Below are positions 37,790 to 50,109 of a stretch of 64,000 bases of DNA, piece after piece (the first letter of the stretch is position 1; the number at the start of each line of letters is the position of its first letter). The DNA lies in NCBI GenBank assembly GCA_038087875.1, contig CM075977.1, forward strand, positions 241,366,001 to 241,430,000. The letters run 5' to 3'. Source of the stretch: Malacoraja senta (taxonomy: Eukaryota). A program made the position numbers and the translations under genes. The notes below the pieces were generated by a model. The model had not been told where the DNA came from and did not search any database. It saw only the letters and a list, made by a program, of their open reading frames with translations.

Positions 37790-38735
37790 GTACATGAATC
37801 ACTAAAAGTTAGTATGCAGGTGCAGCAAGCAATCAGGAAGGCCAATGGAGTTTTGGCCTTTATTGCTAGGGGGATTGAGTATAAAAACACGGAGGTCTTG
37901 CTGCAGCTGTACACAGTATTAGTGAGACCACATTTGGAATACTGTGTACAGTTCTGGGGTCCATACTTAAGAAAGGATGTACTGGCCCTGGAGGCAGTGC
38001 AGCGAAGGTTTACAAGATTAATTCCTGCAATGAGGGGATTGACATATGAGGAAAGGTTAAGTAGGCTGGAACTCTACTCTTTGGAGTTTAGAAGAATGAG
38101 AGGCGATCTCATTGAAACATATAAGATCGTGAGGGGCCTTGATCGGGTGGATGCACCGAGGATGTTCCCAATGATCGGGGAAACTAGAACTAGGGGACAT
38201 AGTTGTAGAATAAGGGGGGGCTCTTTTAAAACTGAGATGAGGAAGAACTTCTTCACCCAGAGGGTGGTTAATTTATGGAATTCACTGCCCCAGGGAGCAG
38301 TGGAAGCAGAAACATTAAATATATTTAAGTCTAAAATAGATGGTTTTTTAGCTGCCAAGGGGATAAGGGGCTACGGGGAGAGGGCAGGGATATGGACCTA
38401 GGTATGGTTAGTATAGAAAGACCTGAGTCATCTCCTGGACAAGTGTCGATCGCCTGGATTGGGGTCGGAGAGGAATTTCCCGGATTTTTTTCCCGAATTG
38501 GACCTGGGTTTTTATCCGTTTTTTTGCCTCCCCCAGGAGATCACGCGGTTCTTGGGGTGGAGAGGGGTGATAGCGGTATAAAGGGGAGGGTAGTGTCTTG
38601 TGTTCTGTGTCTTGTGTCTACTGTTTGTGGGTAAGGGTGTCTGTTTAGTGTTCAGCCATGAGCGAATGGCGGTGCGGGCTCGATGGGCCTGGTGGTCTAC
38701 TCTCGCACCTACTTTCTATGTTTCGATGTTTCTAT
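37790..38735 (+). mobile_element. Young CR1 3' fragment with intact 195-aa ORF2 C-terminus and long 3' UTR
   Basis: ORF 37814-38401 (LVRPHLEYCVQFW...RGDLIETYK); (TTTCTATG)n tail. Confidence 0.92.
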
Positions 38736-38739
38736 GAAA

Positions 38740-40400
38740 CAAAAGTGGTAATTTATTTGTGGAGCCACAGAAAATGGGTGAGATCCTCGATGAATAATTC
38801 TCCTCTGTTTTTACCGTAGAGAATGATATAAAGTCTAGTGAACTTGGGAAAGATTATGTTGCTTTCTTGGGGACAGTGTGTATTGCAGTCAAGGAGGTGC
38901 TAGATGCTCTAAGATGTATGAAGGTAATTAAATTGCTAGGGCTTGATCAGGTGTATCTGAGGACACCGTGCGATGCTAGGGTAGAAATTGCAGGAGCCCT
39001 GACTGAGATATATCATTGTAAAAGGCCTGTCTCACGAGTCTGCGGTCTATGGCGGCGAAACGGGAAGAATCTGCCGCCATAGACCGCGCACTCGTGAGAA
39101 AGTACAATTCCCGGGCCGTGCGGCGGTGTTCCCAACACCGCGCGGTGCTAAAATAAAATCGACAATGTCCAAAACTAAATACTCACCGCACAACCTCCAC
39201 CAGTGATGCACGAGTGCGGCACGGCCGCTCGCACGGGCCGCCGCCAGTATGGCTCGAGCGCCGTGCGTCAAACCTCCACTGCCACAGCCTCCGCCAGTGA
39301 GGCACGTGCCGCCGCCAGTGAGGCACGGCCGCTCGCACGGGCCGCCGCCAGTATGGCTCGAGCGCCGTGCGTCAAACCTCCACTGCCACCGCCGCCGCTG
39401 GTGAGTCACATGCGGCGGGCCGACGTCATCGCAGTCGGCCCGCCCTTTTATTTACTTACCGCAAGCACGTGGGACCCGCTGTGTTTGAATTAACTCGGCC
39501 CCCACGCAGCATCCGTGCGGCGCTCCGGTGGATAAGCTCGACGCTCTCGCCGTTGCCGCGGGGTCCTCGCTACCGGCGACGCCGCGCTTCACCGCCGATG
39601 ACCGCAAACAGGTAAGACAGAGCCTTTAGTCACAGGTGAAGTACCAGAAGACTGAAGGGTGACCAATGTTGTGCCTCTTTAAGAAGGGGTGCAAAGATCA
39701 ACTTGGGAAAGATAGAACAGTAGATCTAACATCTGAGGTCGTAAAGTTACTGGAGAGCAATCGGAGGGATAAGATATATATGCATTTGGATAGATAGGGA
39801 CTGATTAGGGATAGTCAGCATGTTTTTGTGCGTATGTGGAAGATTGTGTCGCATGAAATTGATTATGTTTTTTGAAGAAGTAATCAAATAGGTTCATGAG
39901 GATTACATAATATAGATATAATCTACATAAACTCTAGCAAGACTTTTGATAAGGCTGCTCTCGAAGGTTAGATTGCATGGGATCCAGGGAGAGCTAGCTG
40001 ATTAGATACGGAAATAACGTAATGGTACAAAACAGAGGAGGGTGGTGATCGTGGAAAGTTGTTTTTCGGACTGGAGGCTGTGACTAGTTAATATGCCTCA
40101 GGGATCGTGCTGGGCCCATCAACAAACAACATTGCTGTTGTGGTTTATATTAACAATTTCGAAGAGAATGTACAAGGCATGCTCAGTAAGTTTGCAAATG
40201 ACACTAAAATAGATGGCATGATAAAGAGTTAAGATGGCTATCAAAATTTACAGCTGGAACTGGGCAAGTGGGCTGTGGAATAGCAAATGGAGTTAAATTT
40301 AGTTAAGTGTAAGGTATTGTATTTTATGGGAAGTTATACCAGGGCAGGCCCTTCATTGTGAAGGGTAGAACCTATGAGAATGTGGTAGAGCAGAGGGATC
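38740..40400 (+). mobile_element. Degraded CR1 ORF2 fragment interrupted by a MITE
   Basis: Decayed EN-RT linker and RT motifs (SQHVFV, KFANDTK). Confidence 0.75.
39022..39625. mobile_element. PIF/Harbinger-like MITE, copy 2
   Basis: Highly similar to 34020-34614 outside the central repeats; flanked by TAA (39019-39021) and TTA (39626-39628). Confidence 0.85.
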
Positions 40401-40744
40401 ACCCTGTACGCTAGCACTATCCTACACACTAGAGACAATTAAAAAAAATTGTAAATTAACCTACAAACCTGTATGTCTTTGGAGTGTGGGAGGAAACTGG
40501 AGCATGGGGAGAATGTACAAACTCCGTGCAGACAGTACCCGTAGTCAGGATCTAACCCGGGTGTCTGGCGCTGTAAGGCAGCAACTCTACGGCTGCGCCA
40601 CCATGCTGAATGATCAGGCAACTTTTCGGTTTTGACTCTGAAGAAGTGTTCCAACCCAAAACCTTGTCGGTTCATTCCGTCTCCAGATGTTCCCTGACCT
40701 GCTGAGTTCCTCCAGTACTCTGTGTTTTGGTCAAGTTGTAATCT

Positions 40745-42865
40745 TCATCAATGTTTGACTTAATTTTTTGAGGATGCAACTAGGTAAATGGACAATGGAG
40801 AGCCAGTGGATGTAGTGTACCTGGACTTTCAGAAAGCATTTGATAAGGTCCCACATAGGAGATTAGTGGGAAAAATTAGGGTACATGGTATTGGGGGTAG
40901 AGTGCTGACATGGATAGAAAATTGGTTGGCAGACAGGAAACAAAGAGTAGGGATTAACAGGCCCCTTTCAGAATGGCAGGCATTGAGTAGTGGGGTATTG
41001 CAAGGTTCGGTGCTGGGACCGCAGCTATTTACAATATATATCAATGATTTAGAAGAAGGGATTCAAAGTAACATTCGCAATTTTTCAGGTGACACAAAGC
41101 TGGGTGGCAGTGTGAACTGTGAGGAAGATGCTAGGAGAATGCAGGGTGACTTGGACAAGTTGGGCAAGTGGGCAGATGCAGTTTAATGTGGATAAAGGGA
41201 CTAAGGGACAAAGGACATTTATTGTCACATACACCAATTGGTGTAGTGAAATTTGAGTTGCCATTTGCAGAACACCAATAAAATTAAAACGCAACATTAA
41301 AGAAGAATTTAACATTAAACATAAAAACATCCCCCCATAATGGTTCCCACTGTGAGGGAAGGCAGCAAAGTCCAGTCCTCTTCCTCTTGTTCACCCCATG
41401 GTCGGGGCCCATTGGAGACCTCCGCAGTCGCCGCAATGGTGGCCCGATGTTTCCGGCCCTCCCGCTGGATGATGGAGCTCCGGTGTTGGAGGAACACTCT
41501 TCAGCGGCTTGGAGTGTCTGGAACAGCCGCTTCCTACCAGAGACCTCGGCTCCCAAAGTCCACAGGCCGTGCTGGTTGGAGCTCCAACACTGGCGATCTC
41601 GGCGAAAGATCCCAGGCTCCGCGGTGTTTAAAGTCAGCGCCGCCCGCAGCTGGAAGCTCCGCAACGACAGCTCCGCGATGTTGGAGTCGGCGGTCTCAGC
41701 ACTCCGGAGCTTACCACCCGGCGGCCCTCGGTAAGGCATCGCCTGCTCCGTGATGGTGCTTCAGCGCTGTGCTGCCGCCGAAGCTGAAGATTCTGTCCGG
41801 TCCCGGCAGGAAACGCCGCTCCAGTCCAGGTGGTAGGCCTCGAGGAAGGGGCGAAGATGCGGCTCGGAGGAAAGATGCATCTTCGACCAGGTAGGGACTG
41901 AGAAAAAACAGTTTCCCCCTCCCCCCCTCCCCCCACCCCCACATAAAAAGAATAGGCCTCCAAAACAACACTTTTTAACATAATTTTTTTTTTTTTAAGG
42001 TGAAAGGACGTATAGCTGCAGGCTGGGCATCCATACACTAAGCACCCCCAGTCTAACATCTAAAATGTGAGTTTATCCACTTTGGTAGCAAAAACAGGAA
42101 AGCAGATTATTATCTAAATGGTGTCAAGTTGGGAAAAGGGGAAGTACAATGGGATCTGGGGGTCCTTGTTCATCAGTTAATGAAAGTAAGCATGCAGGTA
42201 CAGCAGGCAGTAAAGAAAGTGAATGGCATGTTGGCCTTCACAACAAGAGGATTTGAGATAAGGAGCAAAGAGGTCCTTCTGCAGTTGTATAGGGCCCTCG
42301 TGAGACCACACCTGGAGTATTGTGTGCGGTTTTGGTCCCCTAATTTGAGGAAGGACATTCTCGCTATTGATGGAGTGCAGCGTAGGTATACAAGGTTAAT
42401 TCCAGGGATAGCGGGACTGTCATATGCTGAGAGAATGGAGCGGCTGGGCTTGTATACTCTGGAATTTAGAAGGATGAGAGGCAATCTTATTGAAAGTTAT
42501 AAGATTATAAAGGGTTTGGACACGCTAGAGGCAGGAAACATGTTCCCGATGTTGGGGGAGTCCAGAATCAGGGACCACTGTTTAAGAATAAGGGGTAAGC
42601 CATTTAAAACGGAAATGAGGAAACACTTTTTCACACACAGAGTTGTGAGTCTATGGAATTCTCTGCCCCAGAGGGCGGTGGAGGCCGGTTCTCTCGATAC
42701 TTTCAAGAGAGAGCTAGATAGGGCTCTTAAAGATAGTGGAGTCAGGGGATATGGGGAGAAGGTTACTGATTGGGGATGATCAGCCATGAAAACATTGAAT
42801 GGTGGTGCTGGCTCGAAGGGCTGAATAGCCTATTCCTGCACCTATTGTCTATTGTCTATTGTTTA
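40745..42865 (+). mobile_element. CR1 RT and 3' fragment, interrupted at 41197-42060
   Basis: ORFs 40788-41186 and 42129-42779. Confidence 0.92.
41197..42060 (-). mobile_element. GC-rich non-coding retroposon with Rex1/Babar-type 3' end
   Basis: Interrupts CR1 with TAAA on both sides; 3' stem-loop TCACTACACC-AATT-GGTGTATGTGA, CAATAAA and short GTCCCTT-type tandem tail. Confidence 0.7.
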
Positions 42866-43520
42866 TTGAGAGCTGCAGGTAGCAGGAAATGGTTTACTAC
42901 ATCAGCAGTCACTTGTAAAACTACCAAATAATTTTAAAGCAAAAATTAAAGTGAGACAAGCAGTGTTACTATGGAGCATAGTGGGGAAAGCTGAATATAA
43001 AGTGAAAACGCTCAGGATGTTTCAGTACTTCAGCACCATTTTGGTGAGGAAAAACCTAGTGGCAGAAGCACAAGCAGGCTTTATAGCCTCGGGATGTATA
43101 ATAATGCTTATGAAGCAGCCAGTCCTTCCTGGAGAGCCTGAAGATGTCTTTTCATGGCCAATAATATAGTTGTGATGGGAGTCATTGCTGAGAACTACAG
43201 GAATTGAATGTTATATTAAGGGAAAAAAAGAAAGCAATTTTACCTACAGAAATTGGTTGTGAAGTCTATCACATTTGCCAAATTAGTAGCTCTGCAGGAA
43301 ACTAAAAATATCCTGTTTGCAGAAGTAGTTGAGAAGTTAAATGGATATATTCACCCCCGGCCATTTGACATAGTGGAGAGCTACTAATTTGGTACTTGTA
43401 ATCAGGACATATGAGAGACAGTGAATAATCATATATATGCATGAGACGGTATAGCAACTTTGGAGAGTTTTTTGATCAAGCACTGACGAACAGGTCTGTG
43501 TGTGATCAAAGGGTCAAAAT

Positions 43521-44017
43521 GTGTAGAAAAGAACTGCAGATGCTGGTTTATATACTCACGCTCAGTCCGCCTTGGCCTACGTGATCTCCTGGTTCCCAAA
43601 CATTTTAACTACCCTTCCCATTCCCACACTGATCTTTCTATCCTGGGTCTTCTCCACTGTCAAAGTGAGGTCACTTGCAAATTAGAGGAACAGCACCTCC
43701 ATTTTCGCTTGGGCAGTTTACAACCCTAATTTCAAGTAATCCCCACATTTCCTCTCTCATCCCTCCCCCACCCTAGTAATCCTACTAGTTGCACTGTTTC
43801 CTTATCACCTCGTTCCCAGTCAACAATGGGCCATTATGGGCTCCAACCTTCCTTGGTCATTTGTTGCCGGCCCTGCCTCTTTATTCTAGCCTCTTCCTAC
43901 CTCCAGTTCCCTCACCTCTTCTTTCACTCTGAAGAAGGGTCCCCACCCAAAACGTCACCCATCTTTTTCTCCTGAGATGCTGCGTGACCCGCTGAGTTAC
44001 TCCATTACTTTGTGTCT
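43521..44017 (+). mobile_element. Penelope-like element 3' fragment (GIY-YIG C-terminus + pLTR) with short inverted 5' end
   Basis: HFNYPSHSHTDLSILGLLHCQSE...LEEQHLHFRLGSLQP; decayed hammerhead CTGAAGAAGGG...; 16-bp TSD with 1 mismatch (43505-43520, 44018-44033). Confidence 0.85.
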
Positions 44018-46569
44018 ATCAAAGAGTCAAAATATCGTCTTCTTCTTTCGTGTGGCATAAACAGCCTAAAGTTGTTGGACGACTTGTTCTAACCATATAA
44101 CCATATAACCATATAACCATTACAGCACGGAAACAGGCCATCTCGGCCCTTCAAGTCCGTGCCGAACATTTTATTTTTTTTTATTTTATTTTTTTTAAAT
44201 AAATACTTCCCCCTAGTCCCATCTACCTGCACTCAGACCATAACCCTCCATTCCTTTCCCGTCCATATACCCATCCAATCTATTTTTAAAGGATAAAATC
44301 GAACCAGCCTCCGACACTTCCACTGGAAGCTCATTCCACACAGCTACCACTCTCTAAGTAAAGAAGTTCCCCCTAATGTTACCCCTAAACTTCTGTCCCT
44401 TAATTCTCAAGTCATGTCCCCTTGTTTGAATCTTCCCTACTCTCAATGGAAAAAGCTTATCCACGTCAACTCTGTCTAACCCGCTCATAATTTTAAAGAC
44501 CTCTATCAAGTCCCCTCTTAACCTTCTGCGCTCCAAAGAATAAAGACCTAACTTGTTTAACCTTTCTCTGTAACTTAGTTACTGAAACCCAGGCAACATT
44601 CTAGTAAATCTCCTCTGTACTCTCTCTCTATTTTGTTGACATCCTTCCTATAATTAGGCGACCAAAACTGTACTCCATACTCCAGAATTGGCCTCACCAA
44701 TGCCTTGTACAATTTTAACATTACATCCCAACTTCTATATTCAATGCTCTGATTTATAAAGGCCAGCACCCCAAAAGCTTTCTTTACCACCCTATCTACA
44801 TGAGATTCCACCTTCAGGGAACTATGCACAGTTATTCCTAGATCCCTCTGTTCAACTGCATTCCTCAATTCTCTACCATTTACCATGTACGTCCTATTTT
44901 GATTTGTCCTGCCGAGATGTAGTACCTCACATTTATCAGCATTAAACTCCATCTGCCATCTTTCAGCCCATTCTTCCAAATGGCCTAAATCTCTCTGTAG
45001 ACTTTGAAAATCTACTTCATTATCCACCACACCACCTATCTTAGTATCATCTGCATACTTACTAATCCAATTTTCCACACCATCATCCAGATCATTGATG
45101 TACATGACAAACAACAGTGGACCCAACACAGACCCCTGAGGCACCCCACTAGTCACCGGCCTCCAACCTGACAAACAGCCATCCACCATTACTCTCTGGC
45201 ATCTCCCATTCAGCCACTGTTGAATCCATCTTGCTACTCCACCATTAATACCCAACAATTTAATCTTCTTAACCAACCTTCCATGAGGAACCTTGTCAAA
45301 GGCCTTACAGAAGTCCATATAGACAACATCCACTGCTTTACCCTCATCAATTTCCCTAGTAACCTCTTCGAAAAATTCTAGAAGATTAGTCAAACATGAC
45401 CTTCCTGGCACAAATCCATGTTGACTGTTCCTAATCAGACCCTGCTTATCCAGATGCTTATATATATATTATCTTTAAGTATCCTTTCCATTAATTTGCG
45501 CACCACTGATGTCAAACTAACAGGTCTATAATTGCTAGGTTTACTCTTAGAACCCTTTTTAAACAACGGAACAACATGCGCAGTAAGCCAATCCTCCGGC
45601 ACTATTCCCGTTTCTAATGACATTTGAAATATTTCTGTCATAGCCCCTGCTATTTCTACACTAACTTCCCTCAATGTCCTCAGGAATATCCTGTCAGGAC
45701 CTGGAGGCTTATCCGTTTTCATATTTTTCAAAAGTGTCCGCACCTCCTCTTCTTTGAATCTCATAGTTTCCATTGCTACTCTGCTTGTTTCCCTTACCTC
45801 ACATAATTCCATATCCTTCTCCTTGGTGAATACCGAAGAAAAGAAATTGTTCAGTATCTCCCCCATCTCTTTTGACTCTGCAGATAGCTGTCCACTCTGA
45901 CTCTCCAATGGACCAATTTTATTCCTTGTTATCCTTTTGATATTAATATAGCTGTAGAAACCCTTTGGATTTACTTTCACCTTACTTGCCAAAGCAACCT
46001 CATATCTTCTTTTAGCTTTTCTAATTTCTTTCTTAATATTCTTTTTACATTTTTATACTCCTCAAGCACCTCATTTACTCCATGCTGCCTATAATTATTG
46101 CAGATCTCTCTCTTTTTCCGAACCAAGTGTCCAATTTCCCTTGAAAACCATAGCTCTTTCCAATTTTTACTATTTCCTTTCAACCGAACAGGTACATAAA
46201 GATTCTGTACTCTTAAAATTTCACCTTTCAATGTCCTCCATTTCTCTTCTACATCCTTCCCATAAAACAACATGTCCCAATTCACTCCTTTTAAATCCTT
46301 TCGCATCTCCTCAAAGTTAGCCTTTCTCCAATCAAAATTCTCAACCCTGGGTCCAGTTCTGACCCTCTCCATAATTATATTGAAACTAATGGTATTGTGA
46401 TCACTGGACTCGAAGTGCTCCCCAACGCTTACCTCCGCCACCTGCCCGGTCTAATTTCCTAACAGGAGGTCCAGCACTGCCCCTTCTCTAGTAGGCACCT
46501 CTATGTATTGCTGCAAAAAACTATCCTGCACACATTTTACAAACTTCAAACCATCCAGCCCTTTTACAG

Positions 46570-46816
46570 GTACACAAAAATGCTGGAGAAACTCAGCGGG
46601 TGCAGCAGCATCTATGGAGCGAAGGAAATAGGTAACGTTTCGGGCCGAAACCCTTCTTCAGATATGTAAGGATATCAGATATGTCTGAAGAAGGGTTTCG
46701 GCCCGAAACGTTACCTATTTCCTTCGCTCCATAGATGCTGCTGCACCCGCTGAGTTTCTCCAGCATTTTTGTGTGCCTTCGATTTTCCAGCATCTGCAGT
46801 TCCTTCTTTAATTCTT
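46570..46816. mobile_element. Palindromic Penelope-derived mini-element with two inverted minimal hammerhead cores
   Basis: Perfect 91-bp arms (46572-46662, 46684-46774); CTGAAGA-A-GGG-TTTCGG-CCC-GAAACGTT in each arm; perfect 14-bp TSD CAGCCCTTTTACAG (46556-46569, 46817-46830). Confidence 0.88.
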
Positions 46817-47425
46817 CAGCCCTTTTACAGAATGTGTTTCCCAGTCTATGTGTGGAAAATTGAAATCTCCCACAATCACTACCTTGTGCTTACTACTAAT
46901 ATCTGCTCTCCTTACATATTTGCTCTTCCAATTCTCGCTCCCCTTTTGGCGGTCTATAATACACCCCTATAAGTGTTGCTACACCTTTCCCATTTCTCAG
47001 CTCCACCCAAATAGCCTCCCTAGACGAGCCCTCTAATCTATCCTGCCAAAGCACTGCTGTAATATCTTCCTTGACAAGCAATGCAACACCCCCAACTCTT
47101 GCCCCTCCAATTCTATCACCCCGGAAGCAACGAAATCCTGGAATATTTAGTTTCCAATGACAGCCCTCCTGCAACCATGTTTCACTGATCGCCACAACAT
47201 CATACTTCCAGGTGTCAATCCAGACTCTAAGCTCATCCACCTTTCTTACAATGCTCCTAGCATTAAAATATACACATTTAAGAAACCCACCACCACTTAT
47301 TCTCTGTTTATTATCTTTTTCTTCTTTCTCCCCTACATTTTGGGTCCGAGTGCTTCCCTTCTCGGCCTCCTGCCTCCCACATTTTCTACCATCTTTCTCT
47401 ATTTGAGTCCCTCCCCCCAACCGTT

Positions 47426-48086
47426 CTAGTTTAAAGTCTCCCCAGTAGCCTTTGCAAATCTCCCCGCCAGGATATTGGTTCCTCTCGGGTTCAAGTGCAA
47501 CCCGTCCTTTCTGTACAGGTCACACCTTCCCCAAAAGAGGTCCCAATGATCCAGAAATTTGAATCCCTGCCCGCTGCACCAGTTCCTCAGCCATGCATTT
47601 ATCCTCCACCTCATTTCATTCCTGCTCTCACTGTCGCGTGGCACAGGTAGTAATCCTGAGATTGTTACCTTTGCGGACGTTCTCCTTAACTCTCCTCCCA
47701 ACTCCCTAAATTCTCCTTTCAGGACCTCTTCTCTTTTTCTGCCTATGTCATTGGTACCTATATGTACCACAACCTCAGGCTCCTCTCCCTCCGATTTCAG
47801 GATCTCTTGGACACGTTCAGACACATCCCTGACCCTGGCACCAGGGAGGCACACTACCATCCGGGTCTCCTGACTGCGTCCACAGAATCGCCTATCCGAC
47901 CCCCTAACCATAGAGTCCCCTATTACTATTGCCCTCCTCTTCTTTTCCCTACCCTTCTGAGTAATAGGGCCGGTCTCTGTGCCGGAGGCCCGGCCGCTGT
48001 TGCTACCCCCAGAAAGGCTGTCCCCCGCAACAGTACTCAAACAGGAGTAGTTATTTTCTAGGTGTACAGCCACCGGGGTACTCAAA
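47426..48086 (-). CDS. CR1 ORF1 C-terminal SGNH/GDSL esterase-like domain (5'-truncated)
   Basis: IVIGDSMVR, CLPGARV, VHIGTNDI and DGLHLN blocks. Confidence 0.88.
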
Positions 48087-48121
48087 GTTCTATTTGATCT
48101 TCCGTTTGTGCACGTCGAGTT

Positions 48122-48175
48122 GATTGCATTAGTCGAAACAGGGTGGACCACGTGAAGGTTGCAATCTTCCACCCC
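48122..48175 (-). ncRNA. Minimal HDV-like self-cleaving ribozyme (54 nt)
   Basis: GGGGUGG AA GAUUGCA ACC UUCACGU GGU CCACCCU GUUUCGA CUAA UGCAAUC: P1 7 bp with G1-U wobble, P2 7 bp, P3 3 bp, L3 UYCNCGY, J4/2 CNRA. Confidence 0.85.
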
Positions 48176-48619
48176 AGTCAAAATATCCATTCTAAGCCAT
48201 TAGACACCGAATGTCCCTGATGAGATTGGTTTGCATCAAGGCCAGCTCAATCATTATTCCCAGCAGAACCAAATGGAGAAAAAAAACCTTGGTCAATTTT
48301 TTAAACAAAATCATCCAATGTGTTTAGGCAACTAATAATTTCATAAAATGAGATAATATAATAACATAGTAACTGCAAGATAATTTTAAGTTAAAGTTGA
48401 TAATGCAGGATGTCATTTATCCACTTCTCATGACCCTTTTGCACTGTAGGAAAACACAATTTTTTTCTTCCCAAACTTGATTTGCCACATATGTGTGCAG
48501 TAGAACATGGATGAGGATAGTCAGAAGTACGTCAATATTAATACATCTTAAAGGTTGTACTCCAACACTACAGCTGTACACAATCAAATCCTCATCAGCG
48601 ATCTTTTAAACCAGCACGG

Positions 48620-49790
48620 GCAATATTTTGCAATAAAAAATGTCCCTACATCCAAGGCGATCTCCTTATTACTATAGTTAGGGAAGAGATGTGAAATGTG
48701 AAGCCAGGGGAAGGGATGTAGGTGAAAGAGGATGGTAGGAAAGGGGAAAGGGGGGGTGGGATAGTTGGAAAAATAGGTGCGCTTCCAGGTGGGGCACAGG
48801 GAAGAGAGGAGAAAGAAATAAGAGGAGGAAGGTGGTTTATTGTTAGTTACTTAACATTGAAGAATGCAATGTTCATACCTTTGGGTTGTAAGATATCAAA
48901 GTGCATATGAGGCGCTGTTCCTCCAGTTTGCGTGTGGCCACCTTCTGGCAATGGAAACAGCTCAGGATGGAAAGGTCAGTATGGGACTGGGAAGGGGAGT
49001 TAAAACAGATAGGAACTGGATGATCCAGCAGGCCTTGGTGAACCGAACGCAAGTCTTCGACAAAACAGTTGACTAGTCTTTGCTTGGTTTTGCTGATAGA
49101 AAGAAGGCCGCATTGGGAGCACCAAATATAGCAGACGAGTTTAGAAGAGGTGCGTGTGAACCTCTGCCCCACCTGGAAGGGTTACTGGGGTCCCTGGATA
49201 GTTGTGTGGGAGGAGGTGTATGGACAAGTGTTACATCTCCTGTGCTTGCAGGGGAAAGTTCCTGGGGAAGGGTTGTTTGTGTGGGAAGAGATGAATGAAT
49301 CAAGGAGTTGGAGATGGAGTGGCAATGAACATCGCTTCCCATTCCCCTTCCTACCTTTCTGTCCTTCGAAACAGTATGAGCAGTGAATGTTCCAAATTTA
49401 GGTAACTAACCAATAATCCCCCTTCTCATTGTTCTTCCCCCCCCCCCCCCCCCATTTTCGCTGTCCCTACTTAATAGGCATTTACTTCTCCATTATCCCT
49501 CCCCTTTTCTCCTTGACCAATTCCCTTCCACCAACATCCCTTTCTCTGGATTCAGAATTCACGCCTCTTCTCTCCATATCTCAGACTTTTGTCTCCTCTT
49601 CATCTCTAGCCTTTGTCCACCCATCTGCGAATCAACCCACGTCCCTGCATCCAGCTGCCTGGCTTTGTCCTGTCCCCGCCTCTCTTTCAGCCTTCTACCC
49701 TTACTACAATCAGTCTGAAGAAGTCACCTATCCATGTTCACCAAAGAGGCTGCCTATCCCACTGTGATACTCCAGCACTTTGTTTTCTTT
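48620..49790 (-). mobile_element. Penelope-like element remnant: GIY-YIG region (minus) plus inverted pLTR (~49370-49790, plus)
   Basis: FTRTSSKLVCYIWCSQCGLLSISKTKQRL...LEEQRLI, a decayed GIY-YIG domain with CxxC. Confidence 0.8.
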
Positions 49791-50109
49791 GCATGAAATT
49801 CAAATAGTCCAAGTGCACAATTGAACAGCAGAAATGATATATCTTAGCTTGAAGGTAGATGTAATGTGTTATCAATAGCAATGCTATCATGACAACCACA
49901 CATCTCTAAAATTTTGCACTGCTTCACTTCTTCATGGGAATGATGTAATATTATTAGATGTTCTTGCTTGGCATAGTGATGATGCTAACACTGTTCCAGC
50001 AGTTTCCTGTAACGAACAAGGAATGGAAATGGGCTGACATCGAACAGAAAGCATTTGATCAATAAAAGTTCAATTTATATCAAGAATCTTTGCTGGTTGT
50101 GTATTTGAT

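Larger units (their letters stand above)
44092..48086 (-). mobile_element. CR1 LINE (~4 kb): partial ORF1 plus frameshifted ORF2
   Basis: TSD GTTCTA (44086-44091, 48087-48092); (AACCATAT)n tail; EN (FNARSI, ISETWL, SDHN) and RT (YADD) fragments. Confidence 0.95.
44037..48175 (-). mobile_element. 138-bp non-autonomous retroposon (44037-44091 + 48093-48175) with 5' HDV-like ribozyme and (AAG)n tail, Ingi/Vingi-like; split by CR1
   Basis: 12-bp TSD AGTCAAAATATC (44025-44036, 48176-48187); the inner CR1 has its own TSD GTTCTA. Confidence 0.85.
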
